A stretch of DNA of 59,619 nucleotides, taken from contig CBDCEW010000033.1 of assembly GCA_965215885.1 (NCBI GenBank), positions 1 to 59,619 on the forward strand. The letters run 5' to 3'. The position numbers and the translations under genes are program-made. This stretch comes from Candidatus Moanibacter sp. (GTDB lineage Bacteria; Verrucomicrobiota; Verrucomicrobiia; Opitutales; UBA2987). Positions 9,975-20,484 of the stretch are shown here, in pieces (the stretch's first letter is position 1; each line of letters begins with the position of its first letter). Below the pieces are notes generated by a model, which had not been told where the DNA came from, ran no database searches, and saw only the letters and a list, made by a program, of their open reading frames with translations.

Positions 9975-11185
9975 GCCAAAAAATGATTTTTCTCAAGTTT
10001 TTCTTGCGCCTTTTGCGCCTCTTTGCGGCCAATCAGTAGCTTTTCGGATAAGGTCTAGATATCGGCTCGCCACGGTCCTGAGCATGATTGTGCTCGGCAC
10101 GATGTGCGGCAAACAGACCCTCAAGGGCATCGTGCGCCTGGCCCATCATCTCAATCAAGCCCAATTGCGCGCCTTACGCTCCTGGAAAAACCCCAAAACA
10201 GGCCGCTATAAGGCCCCTTGCTATGATGTCTTCTATCGGGTCTTGCAAAACGTAAAGGCCGAGCTCTTCGATAAAACCCTCACCGAATTCATCTGCTTAC
10301 AAGACGGCTGTTTGCCCCGCGATATTGCCGTCGACGGCAAGACCCTCAAAGGCACAAACACCGAAGAATCAAAGGCTCTGCACCTGGTGGCCGCAGTCGA
10401 TCACCAAAGCGCTCAAACCTTAGCCCAAGTCGCTACCGCCGATAAATCCAACGAGATCACCGCCGCCCAGACTCTCTTGCGAAAGATGCCCATTTTGGAC
10501 GGCTCCACCTTCACCTTCGACGCCATGCATAATCAAAAAGAAACTGCCCACATCGTCGTCGAAGAACTCAGTGCTGACTATGTTATTCAAATTAAAGACA
10601 ATCAGCCCAACATGCATCAATACGCTCAGAATCTCTTCAGCTCCACCCCCTTTTTCTCCACCAAACCGTGGACAATGACCATGGGCGACTCGAAATACGT
10701 CAAATAGCAACCCATTCTCTAAGCGCTCCCTCTGCCGGCCTGCCCCATGCCCGCCAGTTCGCCTGTGTGCAACGCACCTTCCATTATCCAAACAAAGCTG
10801 AACCTTCCTCTGAACGCTCTTACTACGTAAGCAGTCTCGATCCCGCCGATTTGAGCCCTCAACAGTTCCTCTCGAAAATTCGCAACCATTGCTCGATCGA
10901 AAATAAAAATCATTACCCCAGGGATCGCTTCTTCGATGAAGATCGATGTATGATCCGTAATCATAACGCAGCCAGAATTCTTGCTGCATGCAGGCAACTG
11001 GTTCTCAGCCTCAAGTCTTCCATGGGCGCTGAATCCACTCCCGCACTCTGTGATGATTTCGTCTTTAACTTACATAAGGCCATCAATATCATCACCTAAT
11101 GCTCCGAGAATCAAAATACCGTGGTCCTGCGGGCCTATTAAGAATTGACGAGATAGAACGGTAGAATCTCCGTTGAAGGGAATCG

Positions 11186-12193
11186 ATGGATCTAAGAGGC
11201 AGGAGAGTACTGGTGATAGGCGGCGGCGGATTTATCGGTTCGCACGTTGTGGAAGAACTGCTTGTGGAGGACGTCGAGGAAGTTATCGTCTACGACAATT
11301 TCTGCAGGGGAGTGCGGGAAAATCTGGAAATTGCGCTGAGCGATTCCCGCTGCCGGATTTTCGAAACAGGTGGGGACATTCTGCAAACGGAGATCCTCAA
11401 CACGGCGATGAAAGGAGCCGATGGAGTTGTTCATCTCGCCGCTTTATGGTTGTTGCAGTGTTACGAATATCCCCAGGCGGCGTTTGAAGTAAACGTTCGC
11501 GGGACCTTTAATGTCCTGCAAGCCTGTGTAGACAATAACGTAAAGCGATTGGTGTATTCCTCATCGGCGTCTGTCTACGGGGATGCGATCGAAGAACCGA
11601 TGACAGAGGAACATCCCTATAATAACTGGACGTTTTACGGGGCCACGAAGATCGCGGGAGAACAAATGATGAAAGCATTCCACAGCCGATTTGGACTGTC
11701 CGGGGTGGGACTGAGGTACATGAACGTCTACGGAGCCCGTCAGGATTACCGAGGCGCATATATCGCAGTGATGATGAGAATCCTGGACAATCTAGACAGA
11801 GGTGAGGCACCCGTCGTGTTTGGTGATGGCAGCCAATCCTACGATTTCATCTATGTGACTGATACTGCGCGAGCGAATGTGTGCGCCCTGAAATGCGAGG
11901 TTCCTATCGGTTTCTTCAATGTAGGACGGGGTATCAAGACGTCGATAAAATCACTCACGGAATTGATCCTTCGGATTGTGGGGTCGGACAAGGCGATGCG
12001 CTTCGAACCCTCTGGGCAGACTTTTGTTTCAAATCGCGTGGGAGATCCCAGAGCGGCGGAGCGGGATTTGGGTTTTGTTTGGAGAGTTGATCTGGAGGAG
12101 GGAATGAAGCTCCTGATTGATTGGCGAAAGTCGCACATCGAGGAAGTGGAGAGAATGCGTCGCACGGCCGCAGAGAAGGAGTCGAAACGATGA
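11186..12193 (+). CDS. NAD-dependent epimerase/dehydratase
   Basis: GGGGFIGS, SSSASVYG, YGATK, RYMNVYG. Confidence 0.9.
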   Translation: MDLRGRRVLVIGGGGFIGSHVVEELLVEDVEEVIVYDNFCRGVRENLEIALSDSRCRIFETGGDILQTEILNTAMKGADGVVHLAALWLLQCYEYPQAAFEVNVRGTFNVLQACVDNNVKRLVYSSSASVYGDAIEEPMTEEHPYNNWTFYGATKIAGEQMMKAFHSRFGLSGVGLRYMNVYGARQDYRGAYIAVMMRILDNLDRGEAPVVFGDGSQSYDFIYVTDTARANVCALKCEVPIGFFNVGRGIKTSIKSLTELILRIVGSDKAMRFEPSGQTFVSNRVGDPRAAERDLGFVWRVDLEEGMKLLIDWRKSHIEEVERMRRTAAEKESKR

Positions 12194-12204
12194 GGTAAAG
12201 GGGT

Positions 12205-13305
12205 ATGAGAATCCCACTGATAAAGCCCTACATTACTCAGGAAATCAAAAAGAGGGTCGAGGAAGTCCTGGATAGCGGTTTTCTGACTGAAGGACCAGTT
12301 ACCAGTGAGTTTGAAAATACGTTTCGAGACTTTATAGGTTCACGTTATGCCATAGCGACCTCATCCTGCACGACTGGACTGGAGATGGCGTTGCGCGTAT
12401 TGAACGTGGGACCCGGCGATGAGGTGATACTACCGGACTACACCTACCCCGCGACCGCGGATGCGGTCGCGATAGTGGGAGCGACCGCGGTGATAGTCGA
12501 TATTTCGAGGGAGACCATGCTGATCGACTATGACCGCATTATTGAAGCGATTACGGATCGCACGAAAGTGATCATGCCCGTCTCAATGTTTGGAAATCCA
12601 CTGGATTATAGCCGACTCGAGGTGATCCAAAAGGAGTACGGTCTTTCAATCGTGGAAGATGCGGCCTGTTCGGTTGGCGCCGAGTATCGGGGAAATAAGG
12701 TCGGAAATTTTGCGGATTTATCCGTTTTCAGCTTTCATCCACGGAAGTTTGTAACCACTGGTGAAGGGGGAATGATAACGACCAGCGATTCCCATTGGGC
12801 GGAGTGGTTGCGTTCATACAAGAGTTTCGGAAAAGGGAGCTCTTCTTCCGATTCGAAGGTAGATTTCACACGAATGGGCACCAACTATAAGATGAGTGAT
12901 TTGCTCGCGGCCATTGGCTTGGAGCAGATGCGAATGATCGACTGCCTCCTGCAAAAACGATGGGAAGGGGCGGAAGTATATGTTGAACTCCTGGCTGGAG
13001 TCGAGGAGGTGGTCCTCCCAAATACGACATGCGGTGGCGTCCATTCCCGCCAATCGTTTTGTGTTTATGTAAGTAATCGGGATCGAGTGCTGAAAAAAAT
13101 GCGTGATAAGGGTATCGAGGTGCAGATCGGCACCTATGCCCTGCATCTGTTGCCGGCGTTCGCGGAGGGACCGCAATGCCGATGGGTGGGGGATCTGTCT
13201 GAAAGCCGCTATTCCTTCGAGCGGTGTTTGACTTTACCGCTCTATCATGAGATAACATGCGAATTGCAGAAAGAGGTCGTGGAAACCCTTCGTTGCAGTC
13301 TATAG
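12205..13305 (+). CDS. DegT/DnrJ/EryC1/StrS aminotransferase
   Basis: VEDAACS, SFHPRK..TTGEGG, NYKMSD. Confidence 0.9.
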   Translation: MRIPLIKPYITQEIKKRVEEVLDSGFLTEGPVTSEFENTFRDFIGSRYAIATSSCTTGLEMALRVLNVGPGDEVILPDYTYPATADAVAIVGATAVIVDISRETMLIDYDRIIEAITDRTKVIMPVSMFGNPLDYSRLEVIQKEYGLSIVEDAACSVGAEYRGNKVGNFADLSVFSFHPRKFVTTGEGGMITTSDSHWAEWLRSYKSFGKGSSSSDSKVDFTRMGTNYKMSDLLAAIGLEQMRMIDCLLQKRWEGAEVYVELLAGVEEVVLPNTTCGGVHSRQSFCVYVSNRDRVLKKMRDKGIEVQIGTYALHLLPAFAEGPQCRWVGDLSESRYSFERCLTLPLYHEITCELQKEVVETLRCSL

Positions 13306-13385
13306 AATCCAACGGTTTACTCGACAGCCACTGAATCTGAAAGTGGACGTGCGTGGCGACGGAGAATAGAATTCTGGAAGAATCT

Positions 13386-15278
13386 ATGTGCGGCATAACG
13401 GGCATGTTCAATTTCGACGGGGCTCCAGTGTCTCGAAAAGTGTTGCGTGATATGACGGATGCGGTGGCGCATCGCGGTCCTGATGGTGAAGGATTTTATA
13501 CTGACGGTTGTGTGGGTCTGGGGCATCGACGGCTGGCCGTAATAGATCCTTCTCCTGCCGGGCATCAGCCCATGATCACGCCGGATGGTCGCTACGTTCT
13601 TAGTTACAACGGCGAAGTTTATAACTTTCAGGAATTGCGCATCAAGTTAGAGGCTCTTGGTTACCAGTTTCACTCTCGAACGGATACGGAAGTGGTGCTC
13701 TATGCGTATGCTGAGTGGGGAGAGAAGGTACTCGAGCGGCTGAATGGGATGTTTGCCTTCGCGGTTTGGGATAAACAGGAAAAGGAGCTGTTCCTGGCAC
13801 GTGACCGTTTTGGTATCAAGCCGCTCTATTATTATGAGGGGCAGCGCTCCTTCCTGTTTGGTTCAGAGATAAAGGCGATTCTGGCACATCCTTTAGTCCG
13901 TGCCGCTCTCGACAAGGAAGCGCTTTTGGAATATTTTACATTTCAGAATCTTTTCACCGACAGGACCCTGTTCAAAGATATCAGGCTTCTTCCAAGCGGT
14001 TGCTTTATGAGGGTGCGGCGCGAAAGTGAGGGATGTTGCGGCCCTCGGCGCTACTGGGACTATGATTTCGCCGAACCGGAGAATTCTTTGAAGGATTACG
14101 ACTACCTTGAGCATTTGGATTACCTTTTCCGACAAGCGGTGAACCGACAGTTGGTCAGTGATGTGGAAGTAGGATCCTTCCTCAGCGGAGGATTGGATTC
14201 AGGTACCTTAACGGCATTTGCGGCTGAGCAAATTCCCTATATCAAGACCTTCACGGTGGGTTTTGATTTGAGTTCGGCATCGGGCTTGGAGATGGGTATG
14301 GACGAACGGACCCAAGCTGAGCAACTCTCTTATGAATTGAAGACGGAACACTATGAAATGGTGCTCAAGGCGGGTGATATGGAAAGGTGTATGTCCACGC
14401 TTGTATGGCACTTGGAGGAGCCGCGAATCGGGCAGAGCTATCCAAATTTTTATGCGTCGAAGCTGGCATCTCGGTTCTGCAAAGTGGCATTAGCGGGAAC
14501 AGGTGGCGATGAGTTATTCGGAGGCTATCCTTGGCGATACTATCGAGCAGCCGTGAACTACGATTTTGATCACTACATCGCCAAGTATTATCGTTATTGG
14601 CAACGCCTTTTACCGAACCGGGCGCTCAAAGAAATGTTTCGCCCAATTTGGCCGGATGTCAGGCATGTATCCACTCGCGATATCATGCGCAACGTATACT
14701 CTCAGCAAGCCGCCGAAATGACCCGGCCGGAGGATTACGTCAATCACTCGATGTGCCTTGAGGCGAAGACCTTTATGCACAGTTTATTCATCGTGGAAGA
14801 TAAGCTTAGCATGGCTCATGGTTTGGAAACCCGCGTTCCCTTTCTCGATAACGACCTCGTCGACTTCGCATTGCGGGTGCCGGTATCACTGAAACTGGGA
14901 AATCTGAAGAGAGTGGTCCGTCTCAATGAAAATGAGCCTGGATGGAAGACAGCGAAGTACTTTCAGAGGACGAAAGATGGCAAACTCCTGCTCAGAAGAG
15001 CCATGAGCAGGCACTTACCCAAAGAGGTGGTGGAGAGGGAAAAGCGGGGTTTCTCCGCTCCAGATGCCAGCTGGTTCAGGGGCGATAGTATCGACTATGT
15101 GAAAAGGACATTGCTCAACGACGATGCCTGCATATTCGACGTTCTGGACCGCGAAGCAATATACAGACTCGTCCGCGAGCATATTGAGGGTAAGATTAAT
15201 AGACGCCTTCTGATTTGGTCGCTCCTCTATTTCGAAGAATGGAGCAGGATTTTTCTGGGGGGAAAAAAGAAGAGCTGA
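13386..15278 (+). CDS. asnB: Asparagine-synthase-like glutamine amidotransferase (probably glycan amidation)
   Basis: N-terminal MCGI, HRGPD, GHRRL, NGE.YN, SGGLDS, G.GGDELFGGY. Confidence 0.9.
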   Translation: MCGITGMFNFDGAPVSRKVLRDMTDAVAHRGPDGEGFYTDGCVGLGHRRLAVIDPSPAGHQPMITPDGRYVLSYNGEVYNFQELRIKLEALGYQFHSRTDTEVVLYAYAEWGEKVLERLNGMFAFAVWDKQEKELFLARDRFGIKPLYYYEGQRSFLFGSEIKAILAHPLVRAALDKEALLEYFTFQNLFTDRTLFKDIRLLPSGCFMRVRRESEGCCGPRRYWDYDFAEPENSLKDYDYLEHLDYLFRQAVNRQLVSDVEVGSFLSGGLDSGTLTAFAAEQIPYIKTFTVGFDLSSASGLEMGMDERTQAEQLSYELKTEHYEMVLKAGDMERCMSTLVWHLEEPRIGQSYPNFYASKLASRFCKVALAGTGGDELFGGYPWRYYRAAVNYDFDHYIAKYYRYWQRLLPNRALKEMFRPIWPDVRHVSTRDIMRNVYSQQAAEMTRPEDYVNHSMCLEAKTFMHSLFIVEDKLSMAHGLETRVPFLDNDLVDFALRVPVSLKLGNLKRVVRLNENEPGWKTAKYFQRTKDGKLLLRRAMSRHLPKEVVEREKRGFSAPDASWFRGDSIDYVKRTLLNDDACIFDVLDREAIYRLVREHIEGKINRRLLIWSLLYFEEWSRIFLGGKKKS

Positions 15279-15280
15279 GT

Positions 15281-15370
15281 ATGCGATTGCTTCTCTTAGG
15301 CGGTACGGACCTAGCGGCGAACCTTCTGGACCGGATCCTTGCGAAGGCGAACAACTGCAGGTTCCAGTGA
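15281..15370 (+). pseudogene. Short remnant, possibly a formyltransferase-like N-terminus
   Basis: ATG 3 nt after the asnB stop, MRLLLLGGTDLA, early stop. Confidence 0.25.
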
Positions 15371-15419
15371 GTTTCTCCGAAATTCGCCGGGTAAGGGCGA
15401 AACCGTATGGCGCTGAAAT

Positions 15420-17096
15420 TTGAGATCCATGCGAGGTGGCAAGAGGGAATCGGCAGTGGATAGTCGAATAACAAACGCATACGGCAGAGTTTTTCGGGAG
15501 CTCTCGGATACGGAACGTTATGCAACCTACAGCGTGGGTAGCTTCTTTTGCGCGAGGTCCGGAATTCCGGAGCCGGACAAGGTTAATGTCGTAGTCCGGG
15601 TTGATGTGGATGACGGCTTACACTTGTGTGTGCCCTTGGCGAAATCCTTCACGGATTTAGGCATTGAGAGCAGCTTCTACTTCCTGACGAATGAATCACG
15701 CTACTACCGTGTTTTTGGTTCGGGAATTCCAAAGGAAGTAGTGGAGCTCGGCCATGAATCAGGCCTGCATACCGACCATTATTACGAGCAACTGGTGTCC
15801 GGAATCGATGGATTGGCGGTTTTGAAAGAGGACGTCTCCAAGCTATCAGCAGAAATTGGTCAACCCGTTCGCGGAATGGTTTGTCACGGTCATCCGGCGA
15901 TCGATGCGTTAGGAAAACGGAATTGGGAACTGACAAAGGATTTGGCGCCATCTGACTTGGGCCTTGAATATCACGATGGGTTAATGAGCTGCTACATTAA
16001 ACCGGGATCGCGCCACTGGGCCGCGAACTGCGATATTAATGTCTCGGACTATTTCGGTTATCCGCATTCACGTGGATGGAATTACTATGCGGGCTATCCA
16101 TTGAATTGCCTCAGGCGGGCAAAGAGGGGTCAGGTTGTTCACTGTTCTCTTCACCCCAGAAATGCGTTCCGATATTGGGAGGGATGGACAGACAGATACG
16201 GAGAGGAGCTTCTTCGTAGAGAGTCGCTTTTTACGTTCAGTCGAAAGGCACTTTTAATAATGTTTCGATACGGTTTGCTGAGAGGAAAGAGTCCGAAACG
16301 GGCGATCTACGGTGCAGGAATGAGGATGCTCGCGGCGCTCCTGGCAAAGGGTCTGGGAAGGCTGTGGCCGAGACCCGGTTATCCTGAGCCCGATACATCG
16401 CGAGAGGCCGGGCGAAAAGCCATCTTTGATCTTGGGATCGATTACTGGAGAAATGAATTGGAGCAGTTTAAAATCACTGCTACGGATGCTACGGTAGTGG
16501 AAGTCGGCTCAGGAAACGGGCAGTGGCTGCTGGCGTTCGCTCGAGACAGTAAACGGGTCATCGGGATTGAGCCCCATCGCGAAAATCGGGAGTTTTCGGA
16601 GAGGAAGATAGCTGAGTACCCCGAGCTCGCCAGGAAGATCGAAATCTACGATGGTGTTGGTGAGGCTCTACCCATGGAGGATGAAACCGCCGACGTCGTA
16701 CTGTGCGCGGGAGTGCTGATGTTTACGAATCAGACTGATACTTTAAGAGAAATGCGTCGGGTCGTTAAGCCCGGCGGGAGAGTGTGCATTACCGCCAATG
16801 GTCTGGGATACTTCATTATGTATATCCTGAACGGCATTCGCTTTAGGAGCACGAGCAAGGTGCGATATGGTCTCAACGGAATGTTTGCTACGTTTGTTAA
16901 GTGGATACTCCGCAAAGAGTTGTATCTCCCGAAAGCCGTCTCTCCCTCCGAAATGAGGCGGTGTTTGGCGGATTGCGGAATGGTGCTTGAAAATTGCAGA
17001 ATTTGGCTACCGAAAGACTCAAAGTATCCACTAAGACATCTAGGATTTGCTACCAATTATGCTTTTGTCGTTCGCAGAGGAGTTTGTTCGAAGTAA
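15420..17096 (+). CDS. Polysaccharide-deacetylase-like domain fused to a class I SAM methyltransferase
   Basis: N-terminal RVDVD, SSFYF, GHESGLH; C-terminal VVEVGSGNG, GEALP, RVVKPGG; start uncertain (GTG 15456 possible). Confidence 0.7.
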   Translation: MRSMRGGKRESAVDSRITNAYGRVFRELSDTERYATYSVGSFFCARSGIPEPDKVNVVVRVDVDDGLHLCVPLAKSFTDLGIESSFYFLTNESRYYRVFGSGIPKEVVELGHESGLHTDHYYEQLVSGIDGLAVLKEDVSKLSAEIGQPVRGMVCHGHPAIDALGKRNWELTKDLAPSDLGLEYHDGLMSCYIKPGSRHWAANCDINVSDYFGYPHSRGWNYYAGYPLNCLRRAKRGQVVHCSLHPRNAFRYWEGWTDRYGEELLRRESLFTFSRKALLIMFRYGLLRGKSPKRAIYGAGMRMLAALLAKGLGRLWPRPGYPEPDTSREAGRKAIFDLGIDYWRNELEQFKITATDATVVEVGSGNGQWLLAFARDSKRVIGIEPHRENREFSERKIAEYPELARKIEIYDGVGEALPMEDETADVVLCAGVLMFTNQTDTLREMRRVVKPGGRVCITANGLGYFIMYILNGIRFRSTSKVRYGLNGMFATFVKWILRKELYLPKAVSPSEMRRCLADCGMVLENCRIWLPKDSKYPLRHLGFATNYAFVVRRGVCSK

Positions 17097-18495
17097 TCGG
17101 CACCTCAGTAATATTGCCTTGTATTCGATCCCCGGTTTTTTTTCCAAAGCCGTCTCGATTCTGCTTATACCGCTTTACACTGCTTACTTATCGGTTTCGG
17201 AATTCGGACAGTTGGAACTGCTTCTTCTTATCGGGACATTTCTTCACTATGCCTTTCACTTCGGCTGGAGCAGTGCGCATATTCGATTCTACAAGGAGAA
17301 AGAGTTTCGTGAAGATGACCTGAACCGAACCCTTCTCATTTTCCGAATAACCGTACAGGGTTCGGTATGGGTATGGATATTCTTGCTGGGTGCGGATCGT
17401 TTGGCGGCTCTGGTTTCTGATGACGCCGATCTGAGTGCCTCATTGTGGCTGGTGGCTCTTCTCTACCTGATTCGTGAGTATCTCCTCTTTTACGAGACCC
17501 GATATCGAGTCCTGGAGAGAGTACGCAGCTATGTAGCTATCAATATTACTCACGCATTGCTGCAGCTGGGAGCGATTTATTATCTCTTCGCGATTCAGAA
17601 TCTGGGCATTTTGGGGATCGTCCTGGGGCACGTCGCTGCTTCGGCCCTCTCGTTGTCCATATTCATGGTTCAGGATTGGAATTGGTTGTTCAGGGGAAAG
17701 TTCGATGCGGCGATAATGAAAAGATGCTGGGGTTTCGGGTTACCGCTCGTTTCCGCATCGATCGCAATGTTCCTAATGAGTGCTTCCGACCGCTACATGT
17801 TGAAGTGGTTGTATCAGCAGGGGGGTAGTTCCCTGGGAGAGGTAGGGATATATTCCCTTGCGATCAAGTTGATCGTCCTGATGACCTTGGTTACCCGAGG
17901 ATTTCAGCTTTTCTGGGCACCCTACGCCTACGCATCTTATGGAAGGCCGGATGCTGAGAGGAAATTCGCTTACATATTTCGAAATTATGCGAGTATCCTG
18001 TTTCTTGCTTCACTGCTTCTCCTCTCCCTTTTGCCCTTTATCTATCAGTTTTTTCCCGACTATTCCTCAGGCAGGTTCCTGATTCCGGTAATGGTATCGG
18101 GCTTCCTGCTTTATAACATCGGCGATTATTTCTGTGTTGGCATTGACATTAAGGAAAAGACTAATTTCCGCACGCGTGCCGGGATTCTAGCGGCGATACT
18201 GAATATAACACTTAATGCATTGCTGATACCCCATTGGGGTGGATTTGGTGCCGCTTTGGCGACAACCTGTAGTTTTGCAGTTTTTGTAGCCTACCTGATG
18301 CGCGCCTCACACCGCCTTTTTCCGGTAAGCTATGCCTGGTCGGTCTGGTTGTTCGGTGCGGGATGGCTGCTCCTGGGATTGCCCGTTCTAGTATTTTGGG
18401 AGGGCGAGTTTTGGTACTACTTTGCCTTTGGGACACTCAGCTTCCTGTATCTCTATTTTCGAGCTGGAGGATATAGGAGAGATTGGGAATGTTGA
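17047..18495 (+). CDS. wzx: Wzx-type oligosaccharide flippase
   Basis: Many TM segments, P.YT.YLS..EFG, SDRYML, VGIYSLA, LN.LLIP..G..GAA.AT; start uncertain. Confidence 0.85.
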   Translation: MLPIMLLSFAEEFVRSNRHLSNIALYSIPGFFSKAVSILLIPLYTAYLSVSEFGQLELLLLIGTFLHYAFHFGWSSAHIRFYKEKEFREDDLNRTLLIFRITVQGSVWVWIFLLGADRLAALVSDDADLSASLWLVALLYLIREYLLFYETRYRVLERVRSYVAINITHALLQLGAIYYLFAIQNLGILGIVLGHVAASALSLSIFMVQDWNWLFRGKFDAAIMKRCWGFGLPLVSASIAMFLMSASDRYMLKWLYQQGGSSLGEVGIYSLAIKLIVLMTLVTRGFQLFWAPYAYASYGRPDAERKFAYIFRNYASILFLASLLLLSLLPFIYQFFPDYSSGRFLIPVMVSGFLLYNIGDYFCVGIDIKEKTNFRTRAGILAAILNITLNALLIPHWGGFGAALATTCSFAVFVAYLMRASHRLFPVSYAWSVWLFGAGWLLLGLPVLVFWEGEFWYYFAFGTLSFLYLYFRAGGYRRDWEC

Positions 18496-19886
18496 CGGTT
18501 TTTATTCCAGAAACTTACGAAGCCGAGCGACGTTATGTTGCTACAGTTCTGATCTCAGAGTTCCTTGGTCTGGAACTCGAAATCGTGCCGGAAGATCGAA
18601 GCGACACGCTCATTGGATGCGATGGCGAGGGGGAGTTGCTGATAGGCGATGGACTCTTTCGTACGGGTGATATCGATTGGATGGCGAACGCATCGCTTCC
18701 CAAGGCTCCGCTGGCGGAGTGGGATCTCACCTCTACGGAACTGCAAATTGGGTTCGGGATAGATTCAGTTCCGGTGCTCTTCGGCGATCATCCGGAGGGA
18801 CCGGGGTTTTTTCGAGTTAACGATCGGGAGATTTACCTGGGGCTCGATATCTTCGGCGCGGCGTTTTTCATGCTTACACGCTATGAGGAAACTGTTGTTA
18901 AAGCTCGCGACGCCCATCACCGGTTTCCCGCTGTCGCTTCTCTCGCACATAGGGAGGGATTGCTGCATCGGCCGATTGTCAACGAATATCTCGAGATTCT
19001 CTGGACACTGATGAAACGTCTCTGGCCACGCCTTGAGAGGCAGAAGCGAAATTTTAGAGCCCTCATATCTCACGACGTGGATTCGCCATTTGGGTTGAAG
19101 TACGAGTCGTTAATGAGAGTTGCGAGGAGAATGGGCGGAGAAACAATAAAGAGACTTAACCCTTCACGTGCAATTCGGCATTTTCTGAACTGGAGGTCAG
19201 TGAATAAGCGGGGAGTCGGAGCCGATCCTGAAAACACCTTTGCCTACATCATGAATCTAAGTGAGGAGCGCGGTCTGAGGAGCGCCTTCTATTTCATGCC
19301 CGATAGAGTCTGTGCGGAATTTGATAGCGACTATTCAATGGATGATCCGGACATTCAGGAATTGATGCGGACAATCCACGAGAGGGGACATGAGTTCGGA
19401 CTTCATGGAAGTTACGAAAGCTATAATAACCCCGAGCAGACAGCGAGGGAATTCAATACCCTGATTCAGGTGTGCGAGGCGCTTAGAATCGATCAATCAG
19501 TTTGGGGAGGCAGGCAGCATTATCTCCGCTGGGAAGTGCCGCAGACTTGGCAGAATTGGGAGGAAGCGGGATTGAACTATGACAGCACGTTGAGTTTCGC
19601 CGACTACGCAGGTTTTCGAAGTGGGGTCTGTTTCGAGTATTCCGTCTTCAATCTGGAAACCCGCGAAACGCTGTCTCTTCGCGAGCGCCCTTTAATTCTC
19701 ATGGACTGTACGCTTATGGATGAGAAGTATATGGGTTTGGGGAGCGGTGAGAAGGCCAAAAAAATTGGGCGACAACTAAAGGATTGTTGTCGTCGCTACA
19801 ATGGGGACTTTACAATGCTTTGGCACAACAACCGTCTTGTCTTGAATGAGGAGCGCGAGCTCTACGAGTACCTTCTCGATGCGTAG
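18489..19886 (+). CDS. Polysaccharide deacetylase family protein
   Basis: SHDVD, HEFGLHGSY, GGRQHYLR, YDSTL, LWHN. Confidence 0.8.
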   Translation: MLTVFIPETYEAERRYVATVLISEFLGLELEIVPEDRSDTLIGCDGEGELLIGDGLFRTGDIDWMANASLPKAPLAEWDLTSTELQIGFGIDSVPVLFGDHPEGPGFFRVNDREIYLGLDIFGAAFFMLTRYEETVVKARDAHHRFPAVASLAHREGLLHRPIVNEYLEILWTLMKRLWPRLERQKRNFRALISHDVDSPFGLKYESLMRVARRMGGETIKRLNPSRAIRHFLNWRSVNKRGVGADPENTFAYIMNLSEERGLRSAFYFMPDRVCAEFDSDYSMDDPDIQELMRTIHERGHEFGLHGSYESYNNPEQTAREFNTLIQVCEALRIDQSVWGGRQHYLRWEVPQTWQNWEEAGLNYDSTLSFADYAGFRSGVCFEYSVFNLETRETLSLRERPLILMDCTLMDEKYMGLGSGEKAKKIGRQLKDCCRRYNGDFTMLWHNNRLVLNEERELYEYLLDA

Positions 19887-19987
19887 CCTTTTAGTTAGAG
19901 CGAAGAGGGCGCCGATTACTTGATTGATGTCAAGGAAAGGCGGAAGAGGCTTTGACAGAAACGATTGGGTAGTCAATTGGAAGAGCC

Positions 19988-20484
19988 GTGGGTAAGATTA
20001 TTCCCATAGTGGGAGCTTGGCCACAGTTCGTAAAGGCGGTCATGATCTCGCGCCGGTTGGAGGTCTCCGAGGAACTGAGTGAAATGTTGATTCACACGGG
20101 ACAGCGCTACGATCCACATCTGTCGGCGATATTTTTCGAAGAGCTGCATTTACCCGAAGCGAAAGTCAATCTCGGAGTTGGATCTGCTTCTCACGGCGAG
20201 CAGACGGGAAAAATAATGATAGCGCTCGAGCCGATTCTGGTGGAGTACAAAAGGAAGCATTTTTCTTTCGAGTGCCTTGTGTGACGTTAAGAGAGGAGAC
20301 GGAATGGGTCGAACTCGTTGAATTCGGTTGGAACTGTCTGGCTCCGCCGATTGAAGGAGTAGAGATTGGGAGAGTCATTGGCGATTTTCTGAAGGAAGAA
20401 CCGGAGCCACCGCCGGAAGGCCTCTTCGGCGATCGTGAGGCAGCCAGGGAGATTGTTAGGGCATTGGGTGAGGCGCTGTCCTAG
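19988..20484 (+). pseudogene. wecB: Internally deleted second copy of UDP-GlcNAc 2-epimerase
   Basis: Highly similar to both ends of 24221-25330; 601 bp missing, causing a frameshift. Confidence 0.9.

Larger units (their letters stand above)
8139..10055 (-). mobile_element. Intact 1917-bp IS (IS5/IS1182/ISNCY-like DDE)
   Basis: TIRs GACCCCATTCGAAAAGC / GACCTTATCCGAAAAGC (14/17); TAGATA direct repeats at 8133-8138 and 10056-10061. Confidence 0.9.
7531..11099 (+). pseudogene. ISAs1 transposase in three pieces (7531-8138, 10062-10707, 10668-11099)
   Basis: Removing the inserted IS and one target copy restores DFRRKAGLR-YRLATVLS; -1 frame change near 10650. Confidence 0.85.
7531..11129 (+). mobile_element. 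ISAs1-family element with N-terminal DUF4338-like domain; 5'-truncated and interrupted by a second IS
   Basis: GETLRYVA..RDEWIGW..NRRFLILP (DUF4338-like); AVDGKTLKG, KSNEITA, FDAMH.QK, IKDNQP, HGRLEIR, R.H.SIEN, D..FDED (ISAs1 DDE motifs); probable right end GTGGTCCTG. Confidence 0.85.

Noticed and set aside
9913..10032. Basic N-terminal extension of the transposase (MAAKRRKRRKK)
   Set aside because: Encoded by a short GCGCAA-type repeat at the IS end; an RBS and promoter support ATG 9912
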